Shown: one piece after another, positions 25,801 through 36,934 of the stretch
Position numbering within the stretch: the stretch's first letter is position 1
How the letters are laid out: every line of letters begins with the position of its first letter
Assembly (NCBI RefSeq): GCF_003918875.1
Contig: NW_025767020.1
Span: forward strand, 930,001-994,000
Direction of reading: 5' to 3'
Source of the DNA: Haliotis rubra
Lineage: Eukaryota
Length of the DNA stretch: 64,000 nucleotides
Notes under the pieces: generated by a model
Databases searched by the model: none
Told to the model about the DNA's origin: nothing
The model's input: the letters and a program-made list of their open reading frames with translations, nothing else
Translations under genes and position numbers: made by a program

Positions 25801-27765
25801 TCACATCTACTTTCCTCTGATGTTTTGTGGGATTGAACACATCTACTTTGCTCTGATGTTCTGTAGGATTGATCACATCTACTTTCCTCTGATGTTCTGT
25901 AGGATTGAACACATCTACTTTGCTCTGATGTTTTGTGGGATTGATCACATCTACTTTCCTCTGCTGTTCTGTGGGATTGATCACATCTACTTTCCTCTGC
26001 TGTTCTGTAGGACTGAACACATCTTTTTTGCTCTGATGTTTTGTGGGATTGAACACATCTACTTTCCTCTGATGTTCTGTGGGATTGATCACATCTACTT
26101 TCCTCTGATGTTTTGTGGGATTGAACACATCTACTTTTCTCTGATGTTCTGTAGATTGAACACATCTCCTTTCCTCTGCTGTTCTGTAGGATTGAACACA
26201 TCTACGTTCCTCTGCTGTTCTGTGGGATTGAACACATCTACTTCCTCTGCTGTTCTGGGATTGTCCTCTGATGTTCTGGGATTGATTGACATCTACTTTG
26301 CTCTGATGTTTTTGTGGGATAGAACACATATACTTTCCTCTGATGTTCTGTGGATTGAACACATCTACTTTCCTCTGATATTCTGTAGGATTGAACACAT
26401 CTACTTTGCTCTGATGTTCTGTGGGATTGATCACATCTACTTTCCTCTGATGTTCTGTGGGATTGATCACATCTACTTTGCTCTGATGTTCCGAAGGATT
26501 GAACACATCTACTGTGCTCTGATGTTATGTGGGATTGAACACATCTACTTTCCTCTGATGTTTTGTGGGATTGATCACATCTACTTTTCTCTAATGTTCT
26601 GTAGGATCGAACACATCTACTTTGCTCTGATGTTCTGTAGGATTGAACACATCTACTTTCCTCTGATGTTCTGTGGGATTGATCACATCTACTTTGCTCT
26701 GATGTTCTGTGGGATTGAACACATCTACTTTGCTCTGATGTTCTGTAGGATTGATCACATCTACTTTCCTCTGATGTTCTGTAGGATTGAACACATCTAC
26801 TTTGCTCTGATGTTTTGTTGGATTAATCACATCTACTTTCCTCTGATGTTCTGTGGATTGATCACATCTACTTTCCTCTGATGTTCTGTGGGATTGATCA
26901 CATCTACTTTCCTCTGATGTTCTGTAGGATTGAACACATCTACTTTCCTCTGATGTTCTGTGGGATTGATCACATCTACTTTCCTCTGATGTTCTGTGGG
27001 ATTGAACACATCTACTTTCGTCTGATGTTCTGTGGGATTGATCACATCTACTTTCCTCTGATGTTCTGTGAGATTGATCACATCTAATTTCCTCTGATGT
27101 TTTGTGGGATTGATCACATCTACTTTTCTCTAATGTTCTGTAGGATTGAACACATCTACTTTGCTCTGATGTTCTGTAGGATTGAACACATCTACTTTCC
27201 TCTGATGTTCTGTGGGATTGATCACATCTACTTTCCTCTGATGTTCTGTGGGATTGAACACATCTACTTTGCTCTGATGTTTTGTGGGATTGATCACATC
27301 TACTTTCCTCTGATGTTCTGTGGATTGATCACATCTACTTTCCTCTGATGTTCTGTGGGATTGATCACATCTACTTTCCTCTGATGTTCTGTAGGATTGA
27401 ACACATCTACTTTCCTCTGATGTTCTGTGGGATTAATCACATCTACTTTCCTCTGATGTTCTGTGGGATTGAACACATCTACTTTCGTCTGATGTTCTGT
27501 GGGATTGATCACATCTACTTTCCTCTGATGTTCTGTGAGATTGATCACATCTAATTTCCTCTGATGTTCTGTGGGACTGATCACATCTACTTTCCTCTGA
27601 TGTTTTGTGGGATTGAACACATCTACTTTCCTCTGATGTTCTGTGGGATTGAACACATCTACTTTCCTCTGATGTTCTGTGGACTGAACACATCTACTTT
27701 CCTCTGATGTTCTGTAGGATTGATCACATCTACTTTCCTCTGATGTTCTGTGGGATTGAACACAC
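22835..27765. repeat. 36-bp minisatellite of ~4.9 kb (roughly 135-140 units); consensus CTGATGTTCTGTGGGATTGAACACATCTACTTTCCT
   Basis: Contiguous tandem units with occasional 35/37/38-bp variants. This repeat explains all repetitive ORFs here (MFCGIEHIYFPL, EHQRKVDVFNPT, SEESRCVQSHRT). Confidence 0.98.
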
Positions 27766-29011
27766 CAATCTACTCAAATGGTAGATGTTTTCGGGGGATT
27801 GGGTCTGTTTGTTAATTTTGTACACCTATTCTCAAAATTCCTACATTTTTTGTCTCGTTTGACTTCTCGGCCTTGTCTGTAAGTATCAATGCGACCTTGC
27901 ACCTGTTTTTGTCACAGATCCCCAGAACCAGCTCTTGTTTACAGTCCCAAAAATCCGCTTTGCTTTATTTCATTTATCATTTCTTTATACAGCTCCAAAT
28001 CTCAGGATTCTCGTCATGTCAGCAAAATGATTTCGGATTCTGTAACATCTTTTAAATCTCGCTTCCAAACTAATCTTTTCACCAGCACTAATTATTGTCT
28101 ATTCTTAATCCACCATATATATTTTGTATATATCCTCTCGTTCTATTGAAGCGACTTGAACACGCACAAGTGATAAAAGTCCATTATTGATATTTTTAGA
28201 AATGGGCTTCCCACGTTGTACCCATGTGGGGAATCGAACCCAGGACTCGGCGTGACGAGCGAACGCTTAAAACTTGGCAACCACATTACTGCTATGTAGA
28301 TAGTCATTTTGTACATACTTCGTTGCTCTATATGTGTAAAAGGTTTTCTTGGCAGCTTGACACAAATACGTATCATCCGTGAAATCATAGGCTTTGTATT
28401 ATTCGACGCAACCACCACCATTAATCATTGTAAAGTTAGCAATGAATATCTATTTCGTTCTACAGTTACACAGAAGGAGACTGTGGAATTTCAAATTCTT
28501 AAACCTACGAACGACTATTAACAGCAATAGGGATTTCAATGCAGCTCTGACCCAAAACATATCACATGACTTCTTGAATGACATCATGTATAGGGTAGGG
28601 AATAATGCAAATTCTAAAAACAACAGTAACTGAAACCATTCGACGCTGGGTCACGGTGACACAAGCATCCAATCTCACCACTCGATACGGTTCGGTTAGA
28701 ACGCCCAAGAGACCCACGTGACCCAAGAAAGTTGGTGTTGCATACAAAAGCAGTTGCATATTAAAACACATCCTGTTCAGTAGCGTTGGCGTGTCGTGTG
28801 TCGTGCTGTCTTTCATTGTAATCTGACTCTCGGTCCCCGACTAGGTGCTTTCCCGAAGTAGTCCCTTGGTACTGATCCCTGCATCTAAGAGAAGAAGGGT
28901 GTGCTACTCATCTCCTTGACAAGCTTACGCACAAACGAAACTCCGATGACTGAACATACTTGTGCATATGGTGGAGAAAGGTTTCCTCTCCCGTAGAGGC
29001 TGCTTGCATCA

Positions 29012-30733
29012 TTGACTAAACTTAGGACACGGACTATGGCAACTGTACTCAGCCTTGTTCTGTTTTTCGGATTATTTCACAGCTCGGGTAAGTTGTTCTT
29101 AAATCACACTGACGAAATCCATGGTCTTGTGGGTAGAGCTTCTCCGGAAAGACCGGTTGGTCAGTGGTTCGATATCTAGACGCGTCGCTTTTGACTAAAT
29201 TTAGGAGATTAAAATGACAATCCACTCAGTCGTGATCTGATTATCGGGTTGCTTCAAAGCTCGGGTAAGTTCTGTCATTATTCTTAAACCACACTGACGA
29301 AATCCATGGTCAATGGTCAAGTGTTTAACGACCGGTTGGTCAGTGGTTCGATACATGGCCGCGTCTCTTTTGACTAAATTTAGGAGATTTGAATGACAAC
29401 CCTACTCTGATTATCGGGTTATTTTACAGTTCAGGTAAGTTATGTCATTGTTCTTTAAACACACTGACGAAATCCATGGTCAAGTGTTTAACGACCGGTT
29501 GGTCAGTGGTTCGATATCTGGACGCGTCTGTTTTCACTACATTTAGTAGATTTAAATGACAACCCCACTCAGTCGTGATCTGTTTCTCGGGTTACTTCAC
29601 AGCTCGGGTAAATTGTTCTTAAATCACGCTGAGGAAATCCATGGTCTTGTGGGTAGAGCTTCTACGGGAAGACCGGTTGATCAGTGGTTCGATATCTGGA
29701 CGCGTCTCTTTTTACTAAATATAGGACATTTAGGACATTTAAATGACAACCCCACTCTGAATATCGGGTTATTTTACAGTTCAGGTAAGTTATGTCATTG
29801 TTCTTTAATCACACTGACGAAATCCATGGTCAAGTGTTTAACGACCGGTTGGTCAGTGGTTCGATATCTGGACGCGTCTGTTTTCACTACATTTAGTAGA
29901 TATAAATGACAACCCACTCAGTCGTGATCTGTTTCTCGGGTTACTTCACAGCTCGGGTAAATTGTTCTTAAATCACGCTGAGGAAATCCATGGTCTTGTG
30001 GGTAGAGCTTCTACGGGAAGACCGGTTGGTCAGTGGTTCGATATCTGGACGCGTCGCTTTTGACTAAATTTAGGAGATTTAAATGACAATCCACTCAGTC
30101 GTGATCTGATTATCGGGTTGCTTCAAAGCTCGGGTAAGTTCTGTCATTATTCTTAAATCACACTGACGAAATCCATGGTCTTGTGGGCAGAGCTTCTCCG
30201 GAAAGACCGGTTGGTCAGTGGTTCGATATCTGGACGCGTCGCTTTTGACTAAATTTAGGAGATTTAAATGACAATCCACTCAGTCGTGATCTGATTATCG
30301 GGTTGCTTCAAAGCTCGGGTAAGTTCTGTCATTATTCTTAAATCACACTGACGAAATCCATGGCGTTGTGGGCAGAGCTTCTCCGGAAAGACCGGTTGGT
30401 CAGTGGTTCGATATCTGGACGCGTCGCTTTTGACTAAATTTAGGAGATTTAAATGACAATCCACTCAGTCGTGATCTGATTATCGGGTTGCTTCAAAGCT
30501 CGGGTAAGTTCTACCATTATTCTGAAATCACAATGACGAAATCCATGGTCAATGGTCAAGTGTTTAACGACCGGTTGGTCAGTGGTGCGATGTCTGGACG
30601 CGTCGCTTTTGACTACATATAGGACATTTAGGACATTTAAATGACAACCCCACTCTGAATATCGGGTTATTTTACAGCTCAGGTAAGTTATGTCATTGTT
30701 TCTTTAATCACACTGACGAAATCCATGGTGTAG
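29012..30733 (+). repeat. Tandem array of ten ~160-185-bp units; each unit is exon 1 of gene B + 5' splice donor + tRNA-SINE head
   Basis: ATGs at 29036, 29214, 29393, 29556, 29743, 29906, 30083, 30268, 30453, 30641. Donor GT at 29088, 29265, 29435, 29608, 29785, 29957, 30134, 30319, 30504, 30683. Confidence 0.92.
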
Positions 30734-32797
30734 TGATGTTAAGACGCAGTATAAAACGTTGTGAAACAGGGTTTCAAATTTTATACACTGTGCATTTTAT
30801 ACAATGCAATAGTGGCGCGCTATATGTAGACTTGTGCTATATTTGGACAGAGTTCTCGGGCTTCCACGGTGTTCTGGCTAGACTAACTCTTAGTCTCTGA
30901 ATATGTATAATTTTGATAGTAACAAACAAACCCATATAAATTGAAAAGGAGTCCCAGAGAGACCAGAGATTCTGAATCTGAGGAAGTCTAGACTTGCTTC
31001 ATTTAGGGCTTTAGCATTGCAGGGAGGGCTTGGCAGTGGGGACAATAATGAGGTTCAGGGACTGTGACACATGTTCTGACCAACAACATATTATAGAATT
31101 TTCCAGCAAATATTTTCGGTGACGATCATATACCCTGCCTTGGCCTATAGTTAAAGTCGGATCACTGTTGCTGAGCGCAGAGCGTCTGTCATGAGACCGG
31201 TTGGTCAGTGGTTCGAGCCACGGTCACGGCCATGCCACGTCGTGTCCTAAGAGGACCTAAGAAATGGGCTTGACACATTGTGCGCATGGCAATGTGTGAA
31301 GCCCATTTCTGGTGTCCCCCGCCGTGATATTGCTAAAAAGCTGCGTAAACCTAAACTCATTCATTCATTGTACGCATGGGGAACCGAGGCTGGGTCTGTG
31401 GAGTGACGAGCGAACTCTTTAACCGCTAGGCTACCCTACCACCCCTTTAACGATTGGAACACATGGTGTCATTCATATAATTTCGACCAGTACATTGTCT
31501 CGTGGTCATCTGTTTCAGTGGATAATAGAGACTGCATGGTTATTCTCTGTCCTTGATATTTTTTTTTTATCTGTTCAGACGGAATCCTCTGTTACACCTG
31601 CGGCGCCGCTGGAGGAGAAGGGGAGTGTATTTCTGGGTACAGTTTATTCCTAGATGTCTACAGACACGTTATGAACAACAACACAAAGCACGTCAACGAC
31701 GCCGGCAGCCGCTATCCTGGTTACGCGGACTGCGACACCTTCCCAGAACAAACTGTGTGCATGATTGAAGAAGTTCGTGAGAGTAGTAAGTTGGAATAGA
31801 AAATGCTTTTTTTCCTCAAAAAAAAAAAGAGTAAAATTTAACTTTGGTCACCGGTTCAAAATCTTGTTTCCAAATCAACGAAGCACTGAAACAGACATAC
31901 ATTTACAGGGAACTTTACCCACTAAGGTGTGTAATTGAGTTTAGTTTTACGCCGCTTTTAGCAATATCCCAACAATATCACGGCAGGTGACACCAGAAAT
32001 GGGCTTCACACATTGTACCCATGTGGGGAATCGAACCCTGGTCTTCGGTGTGACGAGCAAACCACTAGGCTACCTCACTGCTCCTCACTGTCATGCGATT
32101 TCTGGTTGCATAATCACTCTGCCCTTGTTAGGAGTCTCGTTACGATAGATCGCCATTACCTCCATGTATTGTCGTAAAGACAATTTCAAAAAACAACTAA
32201 AAACGGGGCCATACCTCATATGAAATTGAAACTGCTCGATATCTAGCTCTCGTATAACTAAACTCTGCGCCTCGCGTGGTTGATTCTCCCTGCAGTGATG
32301 ATGATGATGAGTTGCTCGTGGAGGGGATGGGGGGAGGGTAGCCTTGTGGTTAAAGAGCTCGCTCGTCACGCTGAAGACCCAGGTTCGATTCCCCCTTCCC
32401 CATTCTGAAGCCCATTTCTGGTGTCATTCAGTATTTCTGAACTATAGCTAAAAGCGGCGTAAAATTAAACTCACTTACTCACTCTTTTACCTGACAGTAC
32501 ATATTTCGTATATGTATTTCGACTCTCATTCTCTCCGCAGAAACCAGAAAGATCCTCAGTTACATCCGGGGCTGTTCAGATGGCGTGACCTTCTCGTTTA
32601 ACCTGGCCAATCTGAAAGGTCTGAAACCCTCAAACACCACGACGTGTGGGTTTGATACTCGAGGCTACCGTCCCTGTGTCACTCTATGCAAGTCGGACTT
32701 CTGTAACGGACCTTCTGGAGCGACAAGATCGCATCTAAGTTTGGCGATGACTGTCATCTGTCTTGTCGTCCTATACTGCAAATTGCGGGCATCCTAG
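29036..32797 (+). CDS. Ly6/uPAR three-finger (Quiver/Sleepless-like) protein B, 171 aa. Exons 29036-29087, 31579-31785, 32541-32797
   Basis: Exon 1 MATVLSLVLFFGLFHSS G|gtaagt. Exon 2 (D)GILCYTCGAAGGEGECISG...ADCDTFPEQTVCMIEEVRES. Exon 3 KTRKILSYIRGCSDG...TTCGFDTRGYRPCVTLCKSDFCNGPSG plus a hydrophobic tail. Phase-1 GT-AG introns; 10 Cys. Confidence 0.88.
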
Positions 32798-33806
32798 AAG
32801 GTTGTGTATTTATGTTGATTATGGGATTATGTAATATATTAATCTATTGATATATAATAATAATATGGCAACTTATATTTTACTGAACTCCACGCCACAC
32901 GTGCATGCAACATAATGGACATTATCACCCCGAACAACCCAAGCTGGAAGGTTAAAAGTCATATGACTTATCCCATCGGGTACCCATTTTCTGCTGGATG
33001 AACAGTGGTAATTTTAAACAAACCCACAAGCCTATCGCTATTGTTAGGTAGACTATCAGTTTTACCTAAAGTCATGGCAGTGCATACTATGGAAATTATC
33101 CCCATAAGTATGACCGAGGAAACCAATGACCACCAAATGACCACCATGTGCTTCGTGGTTAGGCAGGACAGAAGCCCCTGAAACTCTCAGGAGTCAAGAC
33201 CAAACACGGATGGGAATACTGTAAGATTTTGAGTTCAGTTTGTTGCGTTTGATCCAGAAATGTTATCTGGTCACAACAACGTGAGAAACATTGAAGGAAT
33301 AATGAGTGAGTTACTATTTACCGTCACATCCGCAATATCTCAGCCATATCGTGACCATTGAAGGAATAAAAAATATCGTAATGTATTGACGTACGTTGTA
33401 CATGAAATTTCAAATATATGTTTTTATTGCTTAGCATACTTTAAATAGTATAGATGAACATATTCCCGGGCGATAATGATATATCTAATACATATTCATT
33501 TTGCAATGAGTTGTACCTCCTAATACATGCTCTTTGTGTAATGCATTTACTACCGAAGTTAGCGGATCATAGAGTATTCAGATTGGGAAATAATCTTGCC
33601 CAATGAAACAAATGATCATGTATATATCCTAGGCCGGAGAGCTGTCACTGAAATAAACCTGTCTCTCTGTCCGTCTGTCTGTCTGTCAAATCAGGATACG
33701 GCTGAAGCAGCTTGTTTGGTCCGAATATTTTGTTTTAGTGTTTTACCACGTGTACATGTGCATGGGAGTTGTGCGCATGCTCAGGGCTACATGTGACTTA
33801 AACACT

Positions 33807-34150
33807 GAGTGAGTGAGTGAGTGGATGTGTGTGTGGGTGAGGGAGTGAGTGGGAGGGTGAGTGAGTGAGTGGATGTGTGTGTGGGTGAGGGAGTGGGTGA
33901 GTGAGTAAGTGAGTGGGAGGGTGAGTGAGTGAGTGGGTGGGTGAGGGAGTGAATGGAAGGGCGAGTGAGTGAGTGGGTGAGTGAGGGAGTGGGTGAATGA
34001 GTAAGTGAGTGGGAGGGTGAGTATGGGAGGGAGTGGGTGGGGAGTTGAGTGGGAGGGAGGGTGAGTGAGTGAGAGGGTGGATGGATGTGATGGTGGGTGA
34101 GTGAGTAGATGGGTGGTTATGATGGTGGTTGAGTGAGTGAGTGGGTGGTT
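33807..34150. repeat. Degenerate (GAGT/GGGT)n microsatellite
   Basis: gagtgagtgggagggtgagtgagt... tract. Confidence 0.9.
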
Positions 34151-34162
34151 TAATTTTGGTGT

Positions 34163-34965
34163 ATGAACATTAGAACTTCTTAAAAAAACGAACGATAACT
34201 CCCTTTCGGTCTGATTCCAAAAGTACCTAAAATTACTGAAGCACTCTAAAACTGTTGCTTTTAAAAAACTTTAAACCTGTTTTAAACAATAATCATGATG
34301 ATGATTTGATGAAAACATAGTCTATTGTTAATATTGCCAGCTGTTACCACATTATATTTCCAAATGTATATTTCTAAGTACTTGTTTCAGTATCGCAAAT
34401 GGGATTCTTTTTCTTCCTGGTGAAGCAAGTACAATAACATTTTATTTCAGCAGTAAGTCCAAACATAGATACGCAAAAATGACATTGAAAAGTATCTCAA
34501 ACTGAAGCCTTTTTAGAGAGTCATAGCGTGACCTTCATTCGTGACCCACTCGTGTTATTCCGGAACAAGCCGAATAGCGACTCGTGCCCCTCTGGAAGGA
34601 TTTCATATTGGCGCATGAACATCAGAACTACTTTAAACAAGAACGACAACTCTATCCCTGGTTGATTCTAATGTTTCTGAATATCACCGAAGCACATTGC
34701 TAGGTTGTTGTTTTGGGGATTTTTATACTTATTTATTTTAAAGAATTAAACCACTTTGAAAGAGAAAAACATATTTGTTAAAGACATATTCTAATGTAAT
34801 TACCAGCGGTTCACCTTATATTTCCAATTATGTTAATTTTCTTAATAGGGTTTAATCATCACAAATGGGAATTGTTTTATTGAATATACACAAAATAAAT
34901 TTCAGCTACATTAAATCCAAAAGCAGATACTCAAAAAAGACTTAAAATATTTCCCAGACTGAACA
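34163..34965. repeat. Old, diverged tandem duplication with period ~450 bp
   Basis: atgaacattagaacttc...tgattccaaaagt...ctgaagcac (34163-) versus atgaacatcagaactac...tgattctaatgt...ccgaagcac (34615-); similarity continues to agatacgcaaaaa / agatactcaaaaa. Confidence 0.7.
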
Positions 34966-35821
34966 TTCATGTAACCTTGCTGTCACACCCCTGGTGGAAT
35001 TTCAAATGTATTCGCTGAAAAAAATATGAATGACCAAAAACACACTCAGACTAAAATATCCCCAGAGCTATGAAATATAAGCCCAATGTTAAAGATTAAG
35101 GTTGATTAGTTACATACAAATACGGTATTATTGTTTTGAAACTCGTAGCGATTATAATTACATTTCCTAAAATTGGTCGAAGCGCACGTACAATCTCCAT
35201 AACGAGCCCGCAAGATCGTCAGAAATACACTCAGTTGGAACCATGATAGCAGTTCATTCGTGACCCACTCGTGTTATTCCGGGACAAGCCGAATAGCGCC
35301 TTCTTGGAGGTTACGGAAAGGGGCGAGTGGTGACGAATGCGTGACCTTGTGTCCAGTTGTCTGAACTTGCGTGTTACCTTGCTGCTATGCCCCCGTTGGA
35401 ATTCAGGCAACAGACTGACCGAATTCTACCGGGTCTTCGGCGTGACGAGCGGACGCTTTAACCACTAGGCTACACCGCCGCCCCACCCCGACTTAAACCT
35501 GAATGTGTCAGTTCATACCAATAATTGAACAACAAGCAAAAACCTCCGAGAAATGACCATGACCATACCATGACTCCACTGTTGGTTTGTTGTTCAACGC
35601 GCACTCAGCAATATTCCAGCTATATCGCGGCGGTCTGTAAATAATCGGGTCTGGACCAGACAAGTCGGTGATCAACATCATGAGCATCGATCTGCGCAAT
35701 TGGGAACCGATGACATGTGTCAACCAAGTAAGCGAGCCTGACCACCCGATCCCGTTAGTCGCCTCTTACGACAAACATGGGTTGCTGTTGACCAATTCTA
35801 ACCAGGATCTTCAGGGGTTGT

Positions 35822-36118
35822 CTTCAATGATACAAGTGACGTTAATGATCCAAGTGACGTTAATGATCCAAGTGACGTTAACGATACAAGTGACTTCAAT
35901 CATCCAAGTGACGTTAACGATACAAGTGACTTCAATGATCCAAGTGACGTCAACGATCCAAGTGACTTCAATGATCTAAGTGACGTCAACGATACAAGTG
36001 ACTTCAATGATCCAAGTGAAGTCAACGATACAAGTGACTTCAATGATCCAAGTGACGTCAACGACACAAGTGACTTCAATTATCAAGTGATGTTAACGAT
36101 ACAAATGACTTCAATGAC
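35822..36118. repeat. 18-bp minisatellite (~16 units, CAAGTGACKTYAAYGATM)
   Basis: Tandem tcaatgatacaagtgacg units; translates as (IQVTxx)n. Confidence 0.92.
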
Positions 36119-36934
36119 ACGTTTACGTTTTTGGACCACGTCGCATGTGCACACATTAGACACTAATAATTACCTACTTTACATTTACTAAACTGTCGGC
36201 TATACAAACATGTTGAAATCATTCAGCCCATACGAGACAGACTTGGCAGTCCCCACACAATACGCCGGTGATCAGGAGACATATTACTGGTATCAGATTG
36301 CATGATCGCGTGCAGATCGGACCAATCAGCCACACAAACCATGCCTTGGAGTTTGGCAGTTTGCGTGCTTGTGTCGTCTCTGCGAGGATTCGTCTTGGTT
36401 CTCAACAGGTCAACCAAACCAGCTGGGCTCTACACACACTTAATCTTGTATCGAAATGTACACCAAGCAGCCCTTGTTGAAATAACAATAATATGCATAA
36501 TGTTTGGGGTCTTTTTTAAAACGTTTTGAATCGAGTCAAACATCCATGACTGGCGCCAGTTCATTTCCAACACTAAAGAGGCATTATTTATATATTTTTT
36601 CTCTTATTCGATTTACGCACCATTAACGTTTAGTCCTCGCACAAGAACTCATATCCAATCACTTCCTTGTTCCACCCTCTTTCACCTTGCTGGCCGTCAG
36701 TGAAGTAGTCTTGCAGTGGATTCAGACATATATTTACATATGATCTGCTTATTGCATCGAACACAACAACGCACAGCTACAGTTTGGGATCCTATGTTTT
36801 TAGTTTGATTCCAATTTCTGATTAGCTTTAGGAGAAGTCCCTCTATCTAACGAAGCAATCGAGAAGACCCGGTGTCCAGTATTGCGCAGTTGGGTCGTCA
36901 TTTGGAAACGTTTGTTTAAGTGGAACGATACAAT

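Noticed and set aside
22835-27765. CRISPR array or repetitive protein gene (36-bp period, long ORFs)
   Set aside because: Units are contiguous with no unique spacers, there are no cas genes, and the context is eukaryotic. ORFs occur on both strands and are broken at random by 35-bp units.
29106-29170. Hammerhead ribozyme or retrozyme in the ~180-bp array (CTGACGA...GAAA...GTC)
   Set aside because: Stem II and stem III/NUH geometry cannot be built in register. The segment is better explained as a tRNA-SINE head.
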